Below are positions 35,688 to 47,773 of a stretch of 64,000 nucleotides of DNA, one piece after another. The position numbers and the translations under genes are program-made. The stretch comes from Eledone cirrhosa (lineage: Eukaryota): contig OZ024740.1 of the NCBI GenBank assembly GCA_964016885.1, forward strand, positions 182,094,001 through 182,158,000, in the 5' to 3' direction. Position 1 is the first letter of the stretch. Every line of letters starts with the position of its first letter. The notes under the pieces were generated by a model. The model had not been told where the DNA came from. It was given only the letters and a program-made list of their open reading frames with translations, and did not search any database.

Positions 35688-38600
35688 AGACGCACGAGGT
35701 GGTAGAACGTCACGAAATTGCTCCCGTAAGTTTTTTGATTTTTAACATATTTAAATCAATTGTGAAAGAACAATTCTTAGCACAAATGTTGCATAAAGGC
35801 ACCGAATGAGGTCCCATAAAGTTTCGGATCCATATTATATTGTTGTATCGCTCAAATATTCAATTTTGTATTATATATTTTGTATTCAAAAAAAGAAAAT
35901 GGTTATAAATGGAACAAAACACCCTCTGTCTACACTATATAGAACAGCGGCAATTTCAATTTCACCAACACCAGAAACTTGATACACTACCTATCCAATC
36001 ACACTAAATATAACGGCAACTTCACCGGCATCATAATAATAATTACTATTATTATCGTCTCAAATTTTAAAAAATGTTTAATTCAAATTTTACGGGAATA
36101 TGTCAACACAAAATATAATGAAAATATATATTAAACATACGAACACAAACTCATAGATACTATATCAGCAACCACAACACCACCGCTGCCACCACCCCAC
36201 CACATCCATCATCGCCGCCACCACTCATTCAATGCTACTGACACTATTCCCCTGTTAACTTGAGAGAGAAAAGCGAAGGTGGTGGTAGCACTAGACAAGG
36301 GAGAGGCTAGCAAAAGATATAAATAGATTGACTTGGTGACCTTGCCACGGACAAACGTCTCCATCAACAATTATGGGACTGCTGGCTCACCCCTTCCTCA
36401 CCAACAATATAAAAAGCCCCGGCACCACCACCGACATAGCCAGCAGCAATAACAGCCAACTACAACAAAAAGTATATTATATTATTGTAATGCACTGGGT
36501 GATTGCTGGCCTTGTCCCTGGAGTGGAGACAATTATTAATAATTTCATTCTTAAGCCACGCAATGCTCACATTAAGGAACCACTCATGATAATAACAATT
36601 TAAAAAAAACAACAAAAAGAAAACCCCGTGACCAAGAAATACCGGGATGGCGGCCGGCGGGGAATAGCCGTGTCTCTAGGGGAGAACGACCCCTCTAGTC
36701 TTGGTTGACACTCGTTCTAGAAGTGGTAACACGAAAAGATTACCCCTTGGCGGATAAGGATAAAACGCGAAAAAATAAAGTAAATGTCTAATGATAAAAT
36801 CTCATACCGGATCGGCCGTCACCCGGGTAAAAAAGGGCCGCGTCCCTCAGAGAGGAACCAGACTGGGGTCGAAAAATCAGCTAATGGTTCAAACCTTCCC
36901 ATCACTTCGGAGCTGGAGACCTCCCATAACCGGAATACTCCTACTGTTGGCCCTCCATGCTCACCACCAAGAAATCCAAAGAAAAAGAGAGAAAAATGGT
37001 CAAGGGAAGATAATAAAGAAGTCCTTGAGGCTTTCTACACTGCCATGTACTACCCATCAAATACATCGAATACAGAACAGACATATATCAACTGGAAAAA
37101 GAAACATCCCGAAAACAGAGGCTATATTGACAGTAACAAACTAGCCAATATACGAAGAAATATTGTAAGGAAAAAGTTACTAACTGATATAGAAATTGAT
37201 CAGATCAAGCTATTAGCACAAAGTCAGCGAAGGGAAAATGAAACATGTGTCAGTGAAAACGATGTAAACTGTAACACTTCGAATCCCAGGGTTGGGGCGG
37301 AATCACTGGCAACAGAACAAATTAAAGAAAGGATCGAAAAAGTGGAGGGAGTACATGCTCAGGATGAAACTCCAAATGAAAATAATGAGATCGTAAATGA
37401 TAAAGAAATGAATGAGAATGAACTTGCCAACTTGAAGGATGAAATTATGATCGAATGGATGAAAATAAAATAATCTGACATGGGGAAACGAGACACCCTC
37501 TCGAAGATCCAGAACTCCAAACAAAACCAAAAGATAATACACAAGACTAACATAATTCTCAAAAACATTATCATCACAAACAAACTAAACATTACTGATT
37601 TAAATCATCTCTATTATGCATCGGCTAAAGTCACCACTCACTTATGTGGAGTGAAGATGAAAAAACAAAGGAATTCCAACAAGAAATCTACTTGGCAAGA
37701 GAACATCAATCGCCAAATAAACCTTCTCCGATCTGACATAGAAATTTTAACAAACTATAAAGTAGGTGAACATGTTAAACAAACTAAACTTAGAAAATTG
37801 AAAAGAAAGTACAGTATAAAATCAACAAGTGACATAGACATGCTGATAGAAATAATCAAGCAAAAAGTGTCGGCCAAAGCTGCTCGTATAAGGCGCTTTG
37901 AAAAACGATCTAGATTCTATAAGGACAATAATATGTTCAAAAACAACCAAAGAAACTTCTACAGAAAAATTGGTAAGTCAACAATAACTGCTAAATCAAT
38001 ACCACCCAAGGAGGAAGTGCAAGAATTCTGGGAAAAGATCTGGGCCGAAGAAAAAGTTCATAACATACATGCCCCGTGGATAGACAGACAAATGAAAGAT
38101 ACAGCTCACCTTGAGGAACAAATATGGGAAAATATAATAGTTGAACAGTTGCGCTTGGCTCTAAGAAAAACCAGCAAATGGAAATCCCCAGGAAAAGACA
38201 AAATACAAAACTTTTGGATAAATGCCTTCACAGAGTCTCATGAGCTGTTAGCCCAACTTTACAATGAAATAGTTAAGGAGCCAGAAAAGATACCTTCATG
38301 ACTAGTTAACGGCATTACATTCCTGCTTCCGAAGAATGATGAGACAAACAATCCCAAACATTACAGACCGATAACTTGCTTAACCACAATGTATAACGTT
38401 TTAACATCAGTCCTAACTGAATACACATATGACCACCTGATAACAAATGACCTATTTCCCATTGAGCAGAAAGGGTGTAAACGAGGCTCATATGGCTGTA
38501 AGGATCAGCTTTTGGTTAACAAAATGATACTGGAAGATTGTCATAATAGACACAAAAATCTATCCATTGCTTGGATAGATTATAAAAAAGCATTTGATAG

Positions 38601-40570
38601 TTTGCCACACAGTTGGATTGAAAAATGTTTAGAGATTTTCAAAGTATCCCCCGTTGTCAGGAGGTTTTTGTCATTCAGTATGAAGACATGGAAAACGACA
38701 CTCCTTTTGAATAGTGAAACAAAATCACTGGAAGCTGGAGAAGTTAATATTAATTGTGGAATTTTTCAGGGTGACTCTTTATCACCGCTTTTATTCTGCA
38801 TCGCACTTATACCATTAAGTAAAATGCTCAATGAAACAAAAGATGGATATAAAGTCTATGACAAAACCATTAATCACCTGTTCTACATGGATGACCTGAA
38901 ACTATTTGCAAAAAATGATGAACAATTGCAAGGGCTATTATCCACTGTGAAGCCGTTCAGTGATGACATTAAAATGGAGTTTGGACAAGATAAATGCGCC
39001 AAAGCAACGCTCACCAGAGGAAAGCTGCTGAAGACATTAATCTTGATCGGGGGAACGTGATAAGAGAACTTGATCAAGAAAAAACTTACAAATATCTAGG
39101 TGTTTGTGAAGGAGACGGAATCAAGCACTCGACAATGAGGGAAAGGATAAGGAAGGAATGTTACCGCAGAGTAAGAGCAATCTTAAGAACGGAATTGAAT
39201 GCAAGGAATAGGATCGATGCCATAAACACGCTTGCCATACCAGTAATAACCTACAGTTACAATGTCATCAACTGGTCAAGCACAGAGATCCGTAGGCTCG
39301 ATACAAAAATTCGAAAATTCTTAACCATGCACAGAATGCATCACCCTAAGGCAGATATAGATAGAATATATCTCCCTAGGAAAGAAGGAGGACGTGGGTT
39401 AATCCAGTTAGACATTGCGTTGAAAACTGCAACAATTGGATTATCTACATATCTAAGGGAATCACATGATTGGATGATCAAACTCGTTTTGAAACACGAA
39501 AGCATCAAAAGATCATATTCCATTACAAAAGATGCACAAAGATACAGTAATGGACTACAAATTTCAGAAGTCCCATTTACTGCTGAAATGGAAAACACAG
39601 AAAAAGCAAAGCAGGTAAAAGTAACTGCAAAGAAAGAACTGCTACAGAAACTGGCTAAGAAATGGCAAGAAAAGCCTCTGTATGGAAAATACCCAGAGCG
39701 AGCTAACAATCCTGATGTTGACAAAACTTTAACCCATCAGTGGTTGGCATCCTCTGGACTGAAATCGGAGACTGAAGGACTGATTATATCCGCACAAGAT
39801 CAGTGTCTGCCAACAAAAAATTACCAAGCCAACATAATAAAAAATGGGTGCAGCCCATTATGCCGTGTATGCAAAAAACAACCAGAGACCATTGACCATA
39901 TAATTTCAATGTGCAGTCCTATAGCTCCAACCGAATACCTAAACAGGCATGACAGAGCTGCACAATACATACATTGGATAATGTGTAAGCATTTTGACCT
40001 GCCCCATCAAAAGAATTGGTGGGAGCATCAACCACCTCCCGTACTTGAAAAAGATCACATCTCAATCTTGTGGAACTTTAGCATCCAAACAGACCGAAAA
40101 ATAGATGCAAACAGACTTGATATAATATTGAAAGACTTTCAAAAGAGGGTATGCCTGCTAATTGATATGTCTGCTCCAATAGACAAGAATGTATCTATAA
40201 AAACATTTGAAAAATTGAGCAAGTATAAGGACCTGAAGATAGAAAATGGAAAAATGTGGAAATTGAGAACTAAAACAATACCAGTGGTTGTAGGCGCTCT
40301 GGGAATGATACCTAAGGGGTCTAATGATTACTTATCGCAAATCCCAGGAAACCCGCGTATAGGAGAAATACAAAAGATAGTACTAATGGGAACTGCCCAT
40401 ATACTAAGGAAGATTCTGTCAATATAAGTACATCACAAGTCTAAACACTAAAGATGCATGTGTGAATATGTATGTTATTTCTTGAACATGGCGGACCTTG
40501 TTGTCTCTTGAGGTCACTGGTTGTGACTTGGTGATAACTCGTATGAACATAAAGCAAGATAAATGCAACT

Positions 40571-40609
<39 letters not shown>

Positions 40610-40626
40610 TAATAATAATAATAATA
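35688..40626 (+). mobile_element. R4/Dong-like family B, full-length copy with long leader (B2)
   Basis: Leader 35688-36783 (attachment inferred), disrupted ORF 36784-40427, 3' UTR to 40571, (TAA)n tail. Confidence 0.9.
36784..40427 (+). pseudogene. Family B single ORF (RT + RLE) with stops at ~37471 and ~38299 and a small deletion at ~39030
   Basis: WIDYKKAFDS, GIFQGDSLSPLLF, YMDDLKL, CRVC...HIISMC, RHD, KLSKY. Confidence 0.93.
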
Positions 40627-40629
40627 AAA

Positions 40630-43600
40630 AAAAAAACGTAAAGAAAATAAGAATGAAGAGAGAAGCAGGCGGACGGACAGAGAAGAGGAGGGAAAAACTA
40701 AAACTAAAAAAACAAAAACTAAGTCAGACATTCGAACACTACATTACAATGAAACTTATGCTTATTCATTTTTGGGGCCCTTTCTGCCTGTGTGTTTGTT
40801 TGTTTATGTGTGTTCGTATACAGCGTGGTGATAATGCCACACAAGGGCCAAGTGGAACGGCGAATCCACAGATGGCTATGTAACCATACATTCGCCAATC
40901 CTCGATAAGAGTGTTTAAATATCGAACATAAACAGTTCGAATAACGGTGAAATGGAGACTAGAACGTCATGTGACAGACTCTCACCCAACAGGTGCCCCC
41001 TGGCTCAGTAGCAGGAACCTGACTGTCAACCAAATACTGCTGATGTTGGAGGAAGAAGTAGAAGGAAAGGGGCCAGAACCAACTGGACTAAAGAATTGAA
41101 TAGAACTGTTATGCAATGTTACCTGAAAAGTAACCCCAAGGAGAGGGGCTACAGGAGACGGATACATAACATCTGGAACGAGATTGGTCTATTTAAATTA
41201 GATGAACAAAAATTGGCCGGGCAGGCTCGGGTAATAAGAACTAATGGGTGGATAAGCGAGCTGGAACTGGAGGAACTGAGCAGAGAGAATGGCTTGGAGA
41301 TGGCGGGTGTAGTATGCCAGACAAGCGAGCCAGTGGGAAATGAAGGTGAAGAGGTCCTGAGAACGGAGGAACCACCCGAAGCAGACAATGATCTGAATAC
41401 TGAGATAAATAATACCTGGAACAGAGCTACGGCCACTGAGGAGATGAATGCTGACGGGCTAGGACAAGATTCGGTTGACATCCTAAATTTAGTGGTAGAT
41501 GAATTGAACAATGATAGTGGGAGACCTATGAACCTAAGATTTGTAGACAGGAAAAAGTTAAAAGAGACAACAGCTAAGGTAAACAAAGTCATCCCATACC
41601 TTGAGGCTAGGAGCCTTCACCAGTGCAACAATATCCTCAAAGCAACAGCAAATACGGTGAGGAAACTACTTGGTATAAAAGCGAGAGGAAACAACAGACA
41701 AGAAAGAGCAGAGCCGTGGTGGAAGAAACGACTGAGTGGTCAAATCGGGGAAATGAGAAATGACATAGGAAAGCTTGAGTCACTACTGAATGGGACACTA
41801 AAAAACATAGGCACTAAAAATAGACTGGAAATAAAGTACAAAACTAGGAGGAAAAAGCTAAATATTATCATAGAGGAACTGAAGCAACGCATTGTAGCAA
41901 AGAGTGCAAAAATCAGGCGATACGAGAACAGAGTCAGTCAGTACAAACAGAACCGCATGTTCGACAACAACCAGAAGATGCTGTTTGGACAGCTTGAGGG
42001 GAAAGAAAGAGGCAACGACTTGATCCCTGGGGCGGAGCAAACTAAAACATTCTGGAGAGGAATATGGGAGCAGGATGTTAGACATAATGTCCAGGCAGGG
42101 TGGATTGAGACAGTACAGAGGGAGATCGGTGAGCAGGCACACCAACAAACTGATTTGAGTATCACAGTTGAAACTCTTAAGGGGCAGGCCAAAAAACTAA
42201 CCAACTGGAAATCACCAGGCCCAGATGGTGTGCAGGGGTATTGGATTAAACATTTAACATCCCTCCACCCGAAGCTGACGGCCATGTTCAATGACTGCTT
42301 GGTATCGGGTGAGGTGCCAGAGTGGTTGACAAAATGTACCACAGTTCTGATAATGAAAGACCGAATCAAGGGTAATGATGTTACCAACTATAGACCTATC
42401 ACATGTCTGTCCGTAATGTGGAAACTGTTGACGAGCATTGTGTCTGAGGAAATCTACCATCACCTGCACACAAACAACTTGTTACCGGACGAACAGAAAG
42501 GATGCCGAAAGAAGTCACGTGGTACAAAGGACCAGTTACTTATTGATAAGATGGTAATGGGGAATTGCAGGAAGAGACACACTGATCTTGCCATGGGATG
42601 GATAGACTACAGAAAGGCATTTGACATGGTGCCTCATTCTTGGATCACCAAAAGCCTGGAGATATTCAGGGTGGCAGATAACATCAGACAGTTGCTGGGC
42701 AGGAGTATGGGGTCCTGGGAGACAGAGTTGACATCAACTGGAGTATCCTTGGGAAGCGTGAAGATCAAGAGAGGTATCTTCCAGGGAGATAGCCTGTCCC
42801 CTCTGTTGTTTGTCCTTGCCCTGATGCCCTTGACCATTATGCTGCGAAAAGTGAGAGCAGGATACAAGTTGGGAAAGGGAGAGCTTACCATCAATCACCT
42901 CCTCTTCATGGACGATCTTAAGCTCTTCGGGAAAAGTGAGAAGGAATTGGATGTGCTTGTTGACACTGTCCGTATTTTCAGCAGTGATATATGTATGCAG
43001 TTTGGTATTAATAAATGTGGAGTCATTGTGATGAGGAGGGGTAGGTTGAGCAGAAGTAACGGGATCCAGATACCAACAGGTGAGATGATAAAGGAAATTG
43101 ACTCTGAGGAAGGATACAAGTATTTGGGCGTTCTGGAGGCTGATGGCATAAAGAACAAAAAAAATGAAGGAATTGTTAAGAACTGAATACATTCGGAGAG
43201 TAAGGAGCGTATTGAAGTCACATCTGAACAGCAGAAATGCCATAAGCGCAGTAAATTCCCGAGCTGTGTTTATTATTAGGTACAGTGCGGGAATTCTGAG
43301 ATGGAATGTTGCTGAACAAAAAGAAATGGATAGGAAGACTAGGAAGCTATTGACTATCTACAACATGTTCCACAAGAGGAGTGATGTCGATAGACTCTAC
43401 CTAAGGAGATCTGAGAGTGGAAGAGGTCTTATCAACATAGAGGACTGTGTTCAGATGGAGAAAAACAACCTATACAAATACGTGACCTATAGTAAGGAGC
43501 CAATGCTCAGAACTGTACTGAAGGAGGGGACAGTAGGCCAGGGGATGTCCAACGAGGAAATAACATCAAGGAGGAAGAGCAGCCTTAAGGGAAAATCCAT

Positions 43601-44428
43601 TCATAGTACCTTCTTTGAGAAAACTGAATTTAGAGATCCACAGACATTGAACTGGTTGAGAAGATGAGACATCAAAAAGGCTACAGAAGGAATGCTAATG
43701 GCTGCTCAGGAGCAGGCCCTCAAAACGAAGTGGTTGAAGCACCATATTTACAAGGAGGAGGGTAGCCCACTGTGCAGGATCTGTGGAGAGAGAGAGGAGA
43801 CTGTGGCTCACATTGTGTCCGAGTGTAAACACCTAGCCCAGACCCACTATAAGGGCTGGAGACACGATGTGATGGGCAGGGTGAACCACTGGCACCTGTG
43901 CAAAGTAAACAATTTACCACATTCTGAGAAATGGTATGAGCATAGGCCAGAGGCGTTGATGGAGAACAATCAGGTGAATGTGCTGTGGGATTTTAGGATA
44001 CAGACGGACAAAAAACTGGAACACAATAGACCTGAGCTGGTGGTTGTGGACAAAGAAAAAAGATCGTGTCTGATTGTGGATGTGGCCTGCCCTTTCGACA
44101 CGAGAGTGCAAGAGAAGGAGAGGGAGAAAATTAACCGATACCAGGACTTAAAGTGGGAGGTGAAAAGGATTTGGAACTGCCATGAAGTCAAAGTGATCCC
44201 GATTGTCATAGGCGCACTGGGGACTATCTCCAAAAGTTTCCAGGGATGGTTAAAGAAAATCGGCCCCTTCACGCTTTTTGGAACGCTTCAAAAGGCATGC
44301 TTGCTTGGAACAGCAAGAACCCTCCGATACGTCCTGAATATCTGAGGCTGCAGGTAGTGGCTTGATATTCATTCCAACGGACTTTCCAGTTAACCAACAT
44401 CAATGACTGAGATTCAAGGAATAACAAC

Positions 44429-44465
<37 letters not shown>
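40630..44465 (+). mobile_element. R4/Dong-like family A copy (A3), lacking the distal leader
   Basis: Collinear with 31862-35687. ATG at 40952, stops at ~41009 and ~43665, A8 frameshift at ~43160. (TAA)n tail followed by (GAA)n at 44466-44532. Confidence 0.93.
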
Positions 44466-44494
<29 letters not shown>

Positions 44495-44862
44495 AAGAAG
44501 AAGAAGAAGAAGAAGAAGAAGAAGAAGAAGAATTAATAATAGTATTGATAATATGAAATCAAATTAAAATCTAAAAGAATAATGGAAATGAAAATAAAAA
44601 AATGGAGGAGGAGGGGAGAAGAGAATGAGAGGAATGAAGGAAGAAAAGGAAGAGAGAAAAAGGAAGGGAAAAAGGTTTCCCCGGAATTATGGTGTTTCCT
44701 TTTATTCTGAGTGTGTGAGGTAGCAGGTTTGTGTGAATTGGTTATTCCCATACATAGATTAATATTTATTGTGTAATGGAGAATAATTACACACATGCAC
44801 ACACACACACACACATGTGTGCACACACCCACACACACAGGCGTGCACACACGCACACACAC

Positions 44863-44897
<35 letters not shown>

Positions 44898-44899
<2 letters not shown>

Positions 44900-46430
44900 C
44901 AATGACTGGCACAGCAATACAGTCACAAATTGCTACAAGGGCAAAGGTGATGCTCTAGAAAGGAGCAGCTATAGTGGAATGAAACCAATGGACCAACTTA
45001 TGAAAGCGTCAGAGAGGGTTATAGTGCAGCTAATTAGGGAATGAGTCAAAATAGATGAGATGCAGTTTGGTTTCATGCCTGGAAAAAGTACTACTACTTA
45101 GTGAGGCAACTACAAGAGAATTTCCTAGCCAAAAATAAGCCACTATATTTAGCTTTTGTTGATCTACAGAAGGCCTTTGACAGAATACGTCAATCTATTA
45201 TCTGGTGGTCCTTAAGGAAAATAGGCGTAGAAAAATGGCTTGTGGGGGCAGTGGAAGCTATGAACAGAGGTAAAGTGACAGTAGGAAATGAGTTTACAGG
45301 AATGTGTTCATAAATGTTCAGTTCTTAACCCAGTGTTGGTCGTCATATTTCTTCAGGCCATAACAGAGAAGTATAAAACAAGCTGCCCATGGAAACTTCT
45401 GTATGGGAATTTCACATAGCTGAAACCAAAAAAGTACTAGAGAATAAATTCTGATTATCGAAACTAAATTTGGAATAAAGAGGTCTGAGAGTAAACTTAG
45501 CCAAAATCAGGGCCCCCAAGAGAAATTTTGCAAGGTGGTACAAAACCGCTTTGGGGCCCGAAGCAGGCAAAAACTTTTCTCAAAATGGATATTGCAAGGT
45601 TACTGTGGGGGACTTCTTAGTTTTTGGGCCCCGAAACATTAAACTAAAGTGCTAGAGAGTAGGAGAGAAGATAGGACCCGGATTCTGCCAGGAAAGTGGC
45701 TATGCTTAATATGCAGGAAAAAAGTAGACATAAACTCCACACAATGAACACAATGTAAATATTGGGTACACAATCTTTGCATGTAGAAGATGCACAGGAG
45801 AAATCGATAGGAATCGTGCTAATGATATACATTTTCCAGCCTCAGGAAGGATCCATAGATGTGGTTGATAGCTTCTGCTACCTAGCTCTCGTAATTAGCA
45901 GTGGAGAAGGTTGTGCCAAAAGTATGATAGCTCTCTACATATAAAAGGAAAGCTGTATGATGCCTGTATGCATTGCGTGATGCCACATGGTTGTGAAACA
46001 TGAATAGTGACTGAAGAGAACATGCGTAGACTGGAGAGAAATGAAGCAACCATGCTCCATTGGATATGCAATTTTATTGTGACAGAAAGACAGAGCTTGG
46101 ATGAGCTGAGGGAGAAGTTGGGTTTAAGGGGAATCCGAGATGCTGTGTAAGAGAGAAGACTGCATTGGTATGGACATGTGATACACATGGACAATGACCA
46201 ATGGTTGAAGCAATGCCAGGAAATCTCAGTGGAAAGAAGCCATGCTAGAGGATAACCAAGAAAGACCTGGGCAGAGGCTGTGAGAGTTGACCTGAAATCG
46301 CTAAGACTGGAAGAGTAAATGACAAAGGAGTGCGAGAAGTGAAGTGATGCCATGCTGAGCAAGACCCATCCAACCCATGCAAGCATAGAAAAGCGGATGC
46401 AAAAACAATGATGATTACGATGATGATGAT
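44898..46430 (+). mobile_element. Degenerate RTE LINE with (GAT)n tail, interrupted at ~45508-45640
   Basis: NCYKGKGDALERSSYSG, QFGFMPG, LYLAFVDLQKAFDRI, RLHWYGHV. 3' end ccaacccatgcaagcat...gatgatgat. Confidence 0.85.
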
Positions 46431-46615
46431 ATATATATAATGTTCATTTAGTAGTTGAATTACACATGTTGTCATTCAACTACTAAATGAATATTATATA
46501 TATATATATATATTGAGATAATTAGTATTGTTTCTTAATTACAGAAACAACAGTTGGGGACATAATATGCGTAAAACTGTCTTATTTTATTATATTCCTC
46601 AATCAAAATTTTAGC

Positions 46616-46844
46616 TTAACCCTTTAGCATTTACATTATTTTATATATACTATTGTATTTTTGTGGTAAAGGCTTTATCTTACATAATTATCTCACATAA
46701 TATCATATCTATCAGATTTTGATATTATTTATTTTGAGAACAATATCCTAACATATGTATGAGTGGCTTGTTACAGCCCGTTTGAACAGAAAGAGGTGAG
46801 AGAATTCTGACCGGATATGGCTGGCTTAAATGCTAATGGGTAAA
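46616..46844. mobile_element. piggyBac-type MITE, second copy
   Basis: TTAA-ccctttagcattta ... taaatgctaatgggtaa. Interior matches the reverse complement of 1551-1769. Confidence 0.7.
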
Positions 46845-46860
46845 GTTAAATATGTCTATA

Positions 46861-47440
46861 TATGAGGTGGTATCAAGAAGTTACTGGACTATCTCTGTAG
46901 GGTGCCAAGAAATGGCAGCACATGATTGTGTGCACACTAATAGTTAGATCTAACTGTCACAAGTCAGTGTACCAAGGGGCATAGTTGTGTTTACATCGTG
47001 AGTTGTTAAATTGGTGCTGTTTTAATCACGTCCATAAACAAGACTGTGATTACACCATGGATTTCAAGTTGGAATAAAGAGAAGAGGCAATGTGAAATGT
47101 TGCATTAAACTTGGAGAATCAGCCACAGAGACATTAAACATGTTCAGCAAGCTTATGGACATGTGGCAATGGATCATTTGCAATGTTTTAAGTGATACAG
47201 CCACTACCAAAATGGAAGAACAACAACCTTGGAAGATGACGGGCATCAATCCTGGAAATGTTGAAAAATTCGGCAACTTGTGCCTGAGGATCATTAGAGG
47301 ACGATAAACGACTTTGCTAACATTGTTGGTGTGTGCAGGTAATCCTAACATCTGAACTGAACATCTGACATTTCACTGCCAAGCTTGTCCCCTGGACACA
47401 GGACCAGAAAGAAAATCATGTTGAAGATTGCCTGCACTGA
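46861..47440 (+). mobile_element. Mariner transposon remnant (5' TIR + transposase N-terminus)
   Basis: TIR-like tatgaggtggtatcaagaagtt. NVKCCIKLGESATETLNMF resembles the mariner HTH region. Confidence 0.75.
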
Positions 47441-47707
47441 TTTTCTTGTTTATATAACTGCTTTCCTCATTTAATGTTGGGAACTGTTGGTGCAGACCCA
47501 TTTTTAGATCCTGGGTTATATCCAAGAATTTCCCTTTTTAAAGTTAGTTATAACAGTGGTCCTGAGGACTAGCCCTTTTAGAGTACCAGTCAGTTTTCTT
47601 CAGCTTGTCCATATAATGTTCAATGATGTTACAGACTATGCCAGGTCCATCATCTCTGTATAGCAGTAGCTCTACATAATTCAGAGTGTATATATATATA
47701 TTGAAAT

Positions 47708-47759
47708 CATCATCATCATCATCATCATCATTTTACGTCCGCTTTTCCTTGCTTGCAAG
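47708..47759 (-). mobile_element. ~50 nt extreme 3' end of an RTE/SINE inserted with a target-site duplication
   Basis: ttgcaagcaaggaaaagcggacgtaaaa(tga)n flanked by atatatattgaaat at 47694-47707 and 47760-47773. Confidence 0.7.
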
Positions 47760-47773
47760 ATATATATTGAAAT

